The translations under genes were made by a program, and so were the position numbers. The notes under the pieces are model-generated. The model worked only from the letters and a program-made list of their open reading frames with translations. It did no database searches and was not told the DNA's origin. From the UHGV virus genome UHGV-1313942: a DNA stretch of 12,883 nucleotides; one strand, written 5' to 3'. Numbering within the stretch: the first letter of the stretch is position 1; each line of letters starts with the position of its first letter. Positions 1 to 6,525 of the stretch are shown piece by piece. Origin of the DNA: a virus.

Positions 1-9
1 CTCTCCCCC

Positions 10-41
10 AAATAAAAAGGCCTGCGATTACCAGCAGGCCT
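10..41 (-). terminator. Rho-independent terminator downstream of the helicase gene
   Basis: Inverted repeat AGGCCTGC (18-25) / GCAGGCCT (34-41) with 8-nt loop; on the minus strand the hairpin is followed by TTTTTATTT (complement of the A-run at 11-17). Helicase stop codon is at 70-72. Confidence 0.6.
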
Positions 42-69
42 GTTATTAGCTCAGTGATGTAGATGGTCA

Positions 70-1506
70 TCAGAATCCCCCTTTCTTCTTGGACTGCGGT
101 TCCTTGCGTTCACGGCGGCGAATTTCAGCAGACTGTTGGTCTGTGTCATAAATAGCGCCATTTGCCTGAATGCAATACACCGTACCGGTATTGCCATGAC
201 GATTGAGACGAAGGATTAGTTCGGTTTCACCAGGTGGAACACTGTCATCAAAAGCGCCTTCACGATGGATCCCAACCCAATAATCGCAATCCTGTTCAAT
301 CTGCCCTGTATCTCGTGAGTCACTTGGTAATGGGCGTTTATTGGTTCGGCTTTCCAGTGCGCGGTTAAGCTGCGTCAGAAGCACAACAACGCAATCAAGC
401 TCTTTGGCAAGGTTCTTCAGTCCTTTGGTGATCATGCCGTAAGCAAGGTCGTTGCGATCGGCCTTCTCAGCGGTCATTAGTGTCAGGTAATCGACCAGAA
501 TCATGCCAACACATCCTTTTTCTCGCTTGATTCGACGGCTTTCGCTGACGATTTGAGCCAGAGATAATCCCGGCGTGTCGTCGATGTAAAGCATGTCGAT
601 TTCACTCAAGCGATTAGCTGTTTCGATCGCCCTGTTGAAGGCACCATCGTAATCACCCTGATAGCCGTCATCAGCGTCATTTGTCGCCGGAAGGTAAAAA
701 ATATTCGGGTTAACACCAGACTTCTGCCCTACCAGTTTTTCCAGTATCTGATCACCTGGCATTTCAAGGCTGAACATCAAAGCGGGCTTTTTCTCATGCA
801 CTGCGCAATTGATTGCCATCTGGCTGTATAGCGTCGTTTTCCCCATCTTAGGGCGAGCGCCAATGACAAACAGAGAGCCTTTCACCAGACCTTTCGGTGA
901 CAGCATCCTGTCCAGCGATGGGATCCCTGTGCTCATTCCCCGTTGTTCGCCTGATGGGTCAAATCGCTTCTCAAGGTCGCTAACCCAGTCTTCCATGACC
1001 TCACCAAATGAACGAAGGCCGCGACGCGATCCGGTTTTTGCATGGTCTGTCAGTTGCGTGAAAATCGCCTGAATAGCTTCGTACTTCTGCGTTGCAGTCA
1101 TTCCGTTGCGGGAATAGAGCAATTCCGTCGCTTCAGTCATGCGGTTGATGGCGTAGCGTTCCATTGCGGTTTCACGAACCTGCATTGCATAGGCAACGAT
1201 GTTTGCTGCGCTTGGCGTGTTCTTTGCGATCTCAGCGATATAAGCAAAACCGCCAACAGACGCCGTTAACGATTTACGCTCCAGTTCATCGAAAAGCGTC
1301 AGGCCATCTACTGGCTTTTGCTCCCGGTGCATTCTGGTTATTTCTTCGAAAAGGATTTTGTGTGGTCGGCCGTAAAATGAATCAGGCTTCAGCATCGCCA
1401 GAACTTTCCGGACGCGCTCACTGCTGTCATCATCCAGAAGCAATCCACCAATCACCGCCTGCTCTGCCTCGATGCTATGGGGCGGCGCATAAAAATTATC
1501 GGTCAT
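70..1506 (-). CDS. DnaB-family replicative DNA helicase (phage-encoded, P22 gene 12-like role)
   Basis: Track ORF 70..1521; I prefer the ATG at 1506 (GAGG RBS about 9 nt upstream) over the GTG at 1521. N-terminal PHSIEAEQAVIGGLL is a DnaB N-domain signature; Walker A GARPKMGKTT; SLEMP, VDYLTLM and LLTQLNRALESR are RecA-fold helicase motifs that align with E. coli DnaB as I recall it. Overlaps the initiator gene by 11 nt. Confidence 0.9.
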   Translation of the reverse strand: MTDNFYAPPHSIEAEQAVIGGLLLDDDSSERVRKVLAMLKPDSFYGRPHKILFEEITRMHREQKPVDGLTLFDELERKSLTASVGGFAYIAEIAKNTPSAANIVAYAMQVRETAMERYAINRMTEATELLYSRNGMTATQKYEAIQAIFTQLTDHAKTGSRRGLRSFGEVMEDWVSDLEKRFDPSGEQRGMSTGIPSLDRMLSPKGLVKGSLFVIGARPKMGKTTLYSQMAINCAVHEKKPALMFSLEMPGDQILEKLVGQKSGVNPNIFYLPATNDADDGYQGDYDGAFNRAIETANRLSEIDMLYIDDTPGLSLAQIVSESRRIKREKGCVGMILVDYLTLMTAEKADRNDLAYGMITKGLKNLAKELDCVVVLLTQLNRALESRTNKRPLPSDSRDTGQIEQDCDYWVGIHREGAFDDSVPPGETELILRLNRHGNTGTVYCIQANGAIYDTDQQSAEIRRRERKEPQSKKKGGF

Positions 1507-2395
1507 CGTGTTCACCCTCACGAACTTTCAGGTAGGTATTATCGTTAAGCAGGAAATCAAATCCCTTTTTGTGCCAGACGGTTCCGCGCTGATGGTTTGG
1601 GCGCTCTTCGAACATCCATCGGCAATTTTCGCCTACGTAGCTCAAATAATTTCTCCAGTCCTGCATCGTGAAACCATGCCCGTCAAGCTGTCGGGTTATC
1701 ACTCCGGCTTTGCGCCAGAACGTTCGGATCTGGTTTTTACGCTTGTCATTCAGTGCGCGGATTCTTGGCGCTTCAGGAAGGATTTCGTGGTAAGCATCGA
1801 CAACATCCTGACAGCTGACGGAAGGTTTTTTCTTGTCAGACTTTTTGTCTGCTGTGGCACTCTCTAATACGTCAGTATTAGAGATAATATTATTATATTC
1901 TTTATCTGTGGTAATTTGCTGGTAATCTGCTGGTACAGTATTGCTTGCAGGCATTGGTATTGCTGGCTTTGAGGTGGTAATTTGCTGGTAATCTGCTGGT
2001 ACAAAATTTGACTGATAATCGTCATATTTCTCTACCGAGAAAACTGAGAATTTACCGTGTGAAACCCAGTCAATCATGCCGAGTTTTTTGAACTTTCTAA
2101 GCAGGTACTGAACGCGATCTGGTTTGAGTCCTGTTTCAAACGCCAGAGTATTTCTACCGCCAAGTAGCTTCCCTCTGCCTACCAGAATTTCTCCTGCGTC
2201 AGTCATTACATACTCAGGCGTATGCTTTGCTTTGAGGATTAAGTGAACCCACAGATGCGCAGTTTCTGCGTCCTTGTAAAACGGCACATCCATAATTTTA
2301 CGGTGCAGCAAGGCATACCCCTTACCGCTGCTTTGATGCGGTTGTTGTAGCCTTCTGGCCTCTCTGGCTTCGGCTAGATTAGATATGTTACTCAT
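1496..2395 (-). CDS. Replication initiator protein (lambda O / P22 gp18 functional analogue) containing the origin iterons
   Basis: 299-aa ORF immediately upstream of, and overlapping, the helicase gene. Its coding sequence contains directly repeated 11-bp iterons next to an AT-rich stretch, the lambda O/ori-lambda arrangement. Start ATG at 2395 overlaps the stop of the upstream 48-aa ORF. Family of the C-terminal domain not recognised. Confidence 0.75.
   Translation of the reverse strand: MSNISNLAEAREARRLQQPHQSSGKGYALLHRKIMDVPFYKDAETAHLWVHLILKAKHTPEYVMTDAGEILVGRGKLLGGRNTLAFETGLKPDRVQYLLRKFKKLGMIDWVSHGKFSVFSVEKYDDYQSNFVPADYQQITTSKPAIPMPASNTVPADYQQITTDKEYNNIISNTDVLESATADKKSDKKKPSVSCQDVVDAYHEILPEAPRIRALNDKRKNQIRTFWRKAGVITRQLDGHGFTMQDWRNYLSYVGENCRWMFEERPNHQRGTVWHKKGFDFLLNDNTYLKVREGEHDDR
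1910..2003. repeat. Origin-of-replication iteron array inside the initiator gene
   Basis: Exact 28-bp direct repeat GGTAATTTGCTGGTAATCTGCTGGTACA at 1910-1937 and 1976-2003, each made of two 11-bp iterons GGTAAT(T/C)TGCT; degenerate copies between them (GGTATTGCTGG at 1956-1966). Flanked by an AT-rich stretch at about 1876-1905. In protein they encode the duplicated PADYQQITT. Confidence 0.7.
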
Positions 2396-2534
2396 GACCT
2401 TTCTCCTTCTGCATCAGCTTCACTTTTTCCAACTCAGCCCGGAATCGACCAGGCTGCTTGAAGCTGGACAGGAAGCGATCACGTAGTATGTGTTTGTGAA
2501 TTTTGTCCTGGTAAGGACTGAGTTGTTTTGTCAT
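2388..2534 (-). CDS. Small hypothetical protein (48 aa) between cII and the replication initiator
   Basis: Not in the ORF track (below its size cutoff). ATG at 2534 preceded by AGGAG 5 nt upstream; translation [48 protein letters not shown]; stop TAA 2388-2390 overlaps the initiator start codon in an ATGAGTAA arrangement. Confidence 0.5.
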   Translation of the reverse strand: MTKQLSPYQDKIHKHILRDRFLSSFKQPGRFRAELEKVKLMQKEKGHE

Positions 2535-2568
2535 AATGACTCCTGTTGATAGATCCAGTCTTTCTACA

Positions 2569-2847
2569 TCAGGCCTCGAAGAATTCGCCGTTCTTCGGGG
2601 CTTTTTCTTTTGTCAGCATTCTGGCTACTTTCTTAGCCAGTTCCGCCAACTCCTCGTCTTCAACACCCCATTCAAGAACAGCCAGAAGCATTCCCATTTT
2701 TGGGATGAAGCTGTCTTTCCATCGCGAAATTTGCGATTCATTAATCCCTAACGCGTCGGCAACCTTTCGCTGACCACGTACAGCAATTCGATTCAGGATG
2801 TTGCTTGTAATTGCATTCGCTTTCTTGCGAGTACTTGTAAGTTGCAT
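2569..2847 (-). CDS. cII: CII-like transcriptional activator (lysogeny establishment)
   Basis: Track ORF 2569..2934 trimmed to the ATG at 2847 (AAGGA RBS about 11 nt upstream); the longer N-terminus would run through the nutR/tR1 region. SQISRWK...[10 protein letters not shown] closely matches lambda CII as I recall it ([25 protein letters not shown]). Position between cro and the replication genes is syntenic. Confidence 0.85.
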   Translation of the reverse strand: MQLTSTRKKANAITSNILNRIAVRGQRKVADALGINESQISRWKDSFIPKMGMLLAVLEWGVEDEELAELAKKVARMLTKEKAPKNGEFFEA

Positions 2848-2905
2848 ATGTAAGTATTTCCTTAACAAATAAGAAGTTATGCGCATCAAATTATGCGCGT
2901 TGTAT

Positions 2906-2949
2906 TCCCGCATTTCGGCGGGAATGAGGACCATGACTGTTAAAGAGCG
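2906..2949 (-). promoter_or_regulatory. nutR antitermination site (boxA + boxB) between cro and cII
   Basis: Minus-strand boxA CGCTCTTTAACA (plus 2938-2949) matches the rrn/lambdoid boxA consensus; boxB hairpin UCCCGC-CGAAAU-GCGGGA (plus 2906-2923) is identical over 18 nt to the boxB upstream of N at 5874-5891. Confidence 0.75.
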
Positions 2950-2957
2950 GGTACTGC

Positions 2958-3176
2958 TTAGGCGGCTTTGTTACTGGATGGAGGGAAAACATCATCCAAA
3001 GAACATTGGCACCCTAACTTCCTGAGGCCTTCTACGATCATTCGGCAATCGTTAAGGCCAGGAGTACGGATATTCAGCTCATAGTTGGCGATGCGGGATT
3101 GCCCCCAACCAATTGCTGAAGCTAGTACAGCTTGCGAAACTCCGATTTTTTTTCGCTGCTGGGCAATTTTGTTCAT
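2958..3176 (-). CDS. cro: Cro-like HTH repressor (XRE family)
   Basis: Track ORF 2958..3215 trimmed to the ATG at 3176 (GGGAG RBS). 72 aa with HTH GVSQAVLASAIGWGQSRIANYE; first gene transcribed from the PR-like promoter, divergent from cI. Confidence 0.75.
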   Translation of the reverse strand: MNKIAQQRKKIGVSQAVLASAIGWGQSRIANYELNIRTPGLNDCRMIVEGLRKLGCQCSLDDVFPPSSNKAA

Positions 3177-3284
3177 TGCGGTCTCCCTAGCATTAATCAC
3201 ACACCCATTACACACAATTTGTGATTAACAGTCAACCTCAATTCGTGTACAGAGTTCAATCACGTTGCGTGTTACATTTAAGGG
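3177..3284. promoter_or_regulatory. OR region: PR (minus strand), PRM (plus strand) and repressor operators
   Basis: PR candidate on minus strand: -35 TTGACT (plus 3230-3235), 17-bp spacer, -10 TGTAAT (plus 3207-3212). The 12-bp palindrome-like CACAATTTGTGA (3213-3224) lies in the PR spacer; a weaker CACGTTGCGTGT copy is at 3261-3272. A possible PRM -10 TACATT (3273-3278) sits immediately upstream of the cI ATG. Confidence 0.7.
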
Positions 3285-3932
3285 ATGAAAACGATGCATG
3301 AAATTATCGGGGAAAGGATCAAGTCCCTTAGAGAAGCTAAAGGACTTAGCCAGGCTCAATTGGCCAAGCTTTGCGGCTGGGCTGCGCCTTCACGCCTGGG
3401 GAACTACGAGTTAGGAACAAGAAAGGTTAGCGCGGATGACGCGCTGGTTCTTGGGGCGGCACTCGGCGTATCTCCGGCAAAAATAATGTTTGGCGAGGAT
3501 TCAGACGCCGTATTTCGCCAATATGAATACCCGTTATTTTCTTCAGTGCAGGCCGGGCCATTTTCGGAGGTGGGAAGCTACACAGCCAGCGATGCAAAGG
3601 CATGGGTCCCAACGACCACAAAAGCCAGCGAAAAAGCTTTCTGGCTTGAGGTGAAGGGGCATTCAATGACGGCGCCTCAGGGGGTTCGTCCAAGTTTTCC
3701 GGAAGGCATGCTGATACTCGTTGATCCGGCTGAGCCGGTAGAGTCTGGGGATTTCTGCGTGGCTTCTGCAAATGGTGATTCAGAGGCAACGTTCAAGAAG
3801 TATGAGAAGGATGCAGGGGTTAGTTACCTGGTACCTTTAAACCCGGCATATAGAACACTGGATTGCGACCATAGCTGCCGCATCATAGGCAAGGTAGTTA
3901 AGGCGCAGTGGCCTGAAGAGACGTTTGGCTGA
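3285..3932 (+). CDS. cI: CI/C2-type prophage repressor with C-terminal S24 (LexA-like) autopeptidase domain
   Basis: N-terminal [25 protein letters not shown]; Ala-Gly cleavage site in SVQAGPF; S24 catalytic Ser in GHSM and Lys in FKK. The C-terminal half aligns with P22 C2 as I recall it. Start could be the ATG at 3285 (possibly leaderless) or 3294. Confidence 0.9.
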   Translation: MKTMHEIIGERIKSLREAKGLSQAQLAKLCGWAAPSRLGNYELGTRKVSADDALVLGAALGVSPAKIMFGEDSDAVFRQYEYPLFSSVQAGPFSEVGSYTASDAKAWVPTTTKASEKAFWLEVKGHSMTAPQGVRPSFPEGMLILVDPAEPVESGDFCVASANGDSEATFKKYEKDAGVSYLVPLNPAYRTLDCDHSCRIIGKVVKAQWPEETFG

Positions 3933-4082
3933 TCGGCAAGGTGTTCTGGTCGGCGCATAGCTGGTGAAAAAATTATTTAATGCGGTGTATTGGCTGATTG
4001 TAACCCCATGTAACATCTTGCCGTCACCATTTCGGTGGTTAGATTTTTAATAAAAAAAAACAAATGTATAGCAAGGTTTTTT

Positions 4083-4562
4083 ATGGATAAAATTAATTAC
4101 CCACCCCTGTTTGAGCCAGGGTTCCATGACATGGATGAAGCTGGATTAAAATCGTATTGTGTCGATTGCTTTCCTTCATCATCCAGGCGAGGCATGCTAT
4201 ACTGTAATTTTATACAGCTACTCGAATCTATTCGAGAATTATCTGCTCAATATGGCTGTTTTACAGAAATATGGGTTGATGGTTCATACACCACGTCTAA
4301 ACCAGAGCCTGATGATATTGATATTTTGTTGGTATGTGACTATAGCAATATAAACTCAATACCTGTCATGCTTCGGGGCCGCGTCGATAATTTGCTTGAC
4401 CGAAACTACATCAAACAAAACTACAAAATTGATGTCCTACTACTCATGAAGAATTTAGATGACCCTAACTATGATTATGAGTACTGGCGTAGCTACTGGC
4501 GCGGTTGGTTTGGTTTTGATCGCAGTGAAAACCCGAAAGGGTTAGTGAGGATTTTTTTATGA
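4083..4562 (+). CDS. Hypothetical protein with Pol-beta-superfamily nucleotidyltransferase signature (cargo gene 1)
   Basis: Track ORF 4035..4562 (GTG start) trimmed to the ATG at 4083 (AAGG RBS 6 nt upstream; the extension runs through an A9 tract). Residues 67-81 GSYTTSKPEPDDIDI fit the NTase motif hG[GS]-x9-13-Dh[DE]h (nt 4281-4325). AT-rich relative to flanks. Stop overlaps the next start (ATGA). Confidence 0.6.
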   Translation: MDKINYPPLFEPGFHDMDEAGLKSYCVDCFPSSSRRGMLYCNFIQLLESIRELSAQYGCFTEIWVDGSYTTSKPEPDDIDILLVCDYSNINSIPVMLRGRVDNLLDRNYIKQNYKIDVLLLMKNLDDPNYDYEYWRSYWRGWFGFDRSENPKGLVRIFL

Positions 4563-5491
4563 ATGATAAATCAATGTTTAAAAATTGCGATAAACGCATT
4601 GATTTCATTCAAAAAGAAGTCGATGCAATGAAGCAAAACAAAACCAGGTCCTTTGCTGACATGCTTCTTTATCGCTCCATGGATTCTCATCTGAGCGATT
4701 TGAAGGCCGAAAAATTAAAGCAAGATAGTCGGCACCCACTTATCGATTTTTTTGAGCTGCGGCTGAAAGGCTCTGAGGTTGACTTTGGCTCTATTCCTTT
4801 AGAGCTGCTTGGGGCTATTTCAACAAATCTTGCAGCGCTAATACAAAGAGCAACACACAAAATTGCCTCAGGCAAGGACTCAAAAAAAGTTCCCTACGAC
4901 GTGAAAAGCTCCTTAAACCTCAGGCTGGCTGATTTATCCCCTGGGTCTACAAAATTGGGCGTCACCTTCTCTACAGGAATAGCAGAATTAGTAGAAACAG
5001 TACCCAGCAAGGCTGTAAAAGGCATATTCGATTTGTTGTTAAGCGATGACGACAACAACTTCATGAATCACGTCGCTGAAATTGGATACAATTCCACTGT
5101 AAGCCTTAAGAGAATCGTAGAGGAATGCGATAAACACAACTTAACATTTGATGCAAGTTGGACCGGTCCATTTAGTAATGGCACCAAGGTGGCAACTATT
5201 GACTCCAATAAAATTAAGTACTTGGTGAGTAGACTTACATCAACCATTTCATCCCCTCCCATTACTGAAACGGTTACAGGCGAACTGGTCGTTCTATCCA
5301 AATATGGGAAGCTGGAGCTTGATGTTGGTGGTGAACATTTAAAGGCTTCCTATCCGATTGAAATGCTAGATTTAATACAAAAAAAACACAAGGTCGGACA
5401 GATTGTTTCTCTTTTAGTGGAGACTACTGAGATTCACAATGATCGCATAGGTCTGTACCGTAAAAACCATCTTGTTAAATCGGTTCTTTAA
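4559..5491 (+). CDS. Hypothetical 310-aa protein, no family recognised (cargo gene 2)
   Basis: Start ATG overlaps the upstream stop (ATGA at 4559-4562), implying translational coupling; AT-rich; followed directly by an intrinsic terminator. No transmembrane segment or catalytic motif that I recognise. Confidence 0.6.
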   Translation: MNDKSMFKNCDKRIDFIQKEVDAMKQNKTRSFADMLLYRSMDSHLSDLKAEKLKQDSRHPLIDFFELRLKGSEVDFGSIPLELLGAISTNLAALIQRATHKIASGKDSKKVPYDVKSSLNLRLADLSPGSTKLGVTFSTGIAELVETVPSKAVKGIFDLLLSDDDNNFMNHVAEIGYNSTVSLKRIVEECDKHNLTFDASWTGPFSNGTKVATIDSNKIKYLVSRLTSTISSPPITETVTGELVVLSKYGKLELDVGGEHLKASYPIEMLDLIQKKHKVGQIVSLLVETTEIHNDRIGLYRKNHLVKSVL

Positions 5492-5498
5492 TATCTCA

Positions 5499-5523
5499 CC
5501 CGGCCACCGCGCCGGGTTTTTTA
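5499..5523 (+). terminator. Rho-independent terminator ending the cI-cargo transcription unit (t_imm analogue)
   Basis: Stem CCCGGC (5499-5504) / GCCGGG (5511-5516), 6-nt loop, followed by TTTTTTATT (5517-5525); begins 8 nt after the stop at 5489-5491. Confidence 0.8.
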
Positions 5524-5735
5524 TTGTCCGCCGATCACTATCAGGACAGCACCTGCCAGCCGGTCCAAACAATTGATTAAATTACTATAATTCTTAATAC
5601 AACTCCCATATCCCGCCATCTCGCCACCACCACCTTCGCTCGTTTTTCGAACTTTTCAGCACCCATCCTGCTGTTGCCACCGACTTAAGTAAGCAAAACC
5701 ATCGCGGGTAAAACTATTTACACAAAAAAATCATA

Positions 5736-5803
5736 CACATAACGTGTCACACCTTTATTTTACACATTTTGTGATTGACCATTAAATCACAATATGTGAC
5801 TAT
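5736..5803 (+). promoter_or_regulatory. OL/PL region: leftward early promoter with repressor operators
   Basis: Candidate PL: -35 TTGACC (5775-5780), 17-bp spacer, -10 GACTAT (5798-5803). Operator-like 12-mers CACATTTTGTGA (5763-5774) and CACAATATGTGA (5788-5799) match the OR site CACAATTTGTGA; weaker CACATAACGTGT at 5736-5747. Sites are spaced about 25-27 bp apart. Confidence 0.65.
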
Positions 5804-5849
5804 CATTTCCATCAGCAGGACGCTGGTAGCCAAACGGAACATATTGGCA

Positions 5850-5891
5850 GGCTCTTTAACATTGATGGGATTGTCCCGCCGAAATGCGGGA
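5850..5891 (+). promoter_or_regulatory. nutL antitermination site (boxA + boxB)
   Basis: boxA GCTCTTTAACA (5851-5861) and boxB hairpin TCCCGC-CGAAAT-GCGGGA (5874-5891); both identical to the minus-strand nutR elements at 2906-2949. Lies downstream of PL and upstream of N. Confidence 0.75.
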
Positions 5892-6249
5892 ACTGAGTTT
5901 AACAAAACAGGAGGTGCCGTAATGGTGCACTAACGCGGTTAGACCGCAGCCGAAAGGCAATGCAGCAGTAATGATGCTGCCCCGAGTCGCGTAATGGCGA
6001 GCAGGTTTAGCAGACCGATGTGAGGGTAAATAAGGGAACATGCTCCGGAAAGGCAGCGCGAATGCCAGACGCGCACCGGTTATCAGCGGCTAATAAGCGA
6101 CAGAGACTCAAGGGCATGAGCGCGCTCACTGCGAGAGTGTGAGTCAAAGAGTAGTTGGCTTTGGGGTGACGTGAAGTGCAGCTGCACGACGGCAACCGGA
6201 AGATAAGCACCCGGCGCGTCACCGCCAAAGTCAATCATCGGAGGTCAAC

Positions 6250-6522
6250 ATGACAGTAGTCATTACATATCTGGCTGACGATAACGCCAGAAATCGCCGC
6301 AGAGCACGCAGACAGGCTCAACGTGAACAGGCAATGCAAGAGCAGCGACTGGCACGAAAAATTGCGCTAAAGCTCTCTGGTTGCGTCAGAGCAGATAAAG
6401 CAGCATCACTCGGAAGCCTTTGCTGCAAGGAAGAAGATGAACGCAGTGGAAGTATTTGCCTGCCAAACGTAGCCATTTACGCGGCAGGATACCGGAAATC
6501 AAAACAACTGACAGCGAGGTAA
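6250..6522 (+). CDS. N: N-family transcription antiterminator (P22 gene 24-like)
   Basis: 90 aa; N-terminal arginine-rich motif NARNRRRARRQAQREQ typical of boxB-binding N proteins; first gene downstream of PL/nutL; GGAGG RBS 7 nt upstream. C-terminal ...LPNVAIYAAGYRKSKQLTAR resembles my recollection of P22 gp24. Confidence 0.8.
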   Translation: MTVVITYLADDNARNRRRARRQAQREQAMQEQRLARKIALKLSGCVRADKAASLGSLCCKEEDERSGSICLPNVAIYAAGYRKSKQLTAR

Positions 6523-6525
6523 GTG

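Noticed and set aside
809-1867. Plus-strand track ORFs 809..1072, 1042..1269, 1164..1535 and 1508..1867 overlapping the helicase and initiator genes
   Set aside because: They lie antisense within strongly supported coding sequence (DnaB-like helicase, initiator), lack RBS/start context and have low-complexity or Cys/Arg-rich translations typical of shadow ORFs.
1910-2003. Direct repeats considered as a possible CRISPR array
   Set aside because: Only two full 28-bp copies, located inside a protein-coding gene and composed of 11-bp sub-repeats next to an AT-rich tract; this is origin-iteron architecture, not repeat-spacer architecture.
2536-2773. Plus-strand track ORFs 2536..2751 and 2546..2773 opposite cII
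   Set aside because: Antisense to the well-supported cII reading frame; no promoter or RBS context.
2879-2900. Hairpin GCGCAT-N6-ATGCGC on the minus strand between nutR and cII as an intrinsic tR1 terminator
   Set aside because: The downstream minus-strand sequence is only moderately U-rich (AUAACUUCUUAUUUGUU), so it is not a convincing intrinsic terminator; tR1 in lambda is Rho-dependent, so the hairpin may be incidental.
3427-3789. Minus-strand track ORF 3427..3789 inside cI
   Set aside because: Antisense shadow of the S24-repressor gene; Pro/Arg-rich translation characteristic of a GC-rich antisense frame.
4159-5301. Track ORFs 4159..4353 (+), 4687..4875 (-) and 5068..5301 (-) inside the cargo genes
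   Set aside because: Nested or antisense within the longer, RBS-supported cargo ORFs; no independent support.
4083-5491. Cargo operon as a canonical HEPN/MNT toxin-antitoxin pair or as rexA/rexB homologues
   Set aside because: The partner protein shows no Rx4-6H HEPN motif by eye, and neither protein resembles RexA/RexB as far as I can recall; only the positional analogy and the NTase motif are retained as findings.
5856-6234. Minus-strand track ORFs 5856..6041 and 6007..6234
   Set aside because: They cover the nutL boxA/boxB site and the N leader, which is transcribed on the plus strand; no RBS; more likely chance ORFs in GC-rich non-coding leader.
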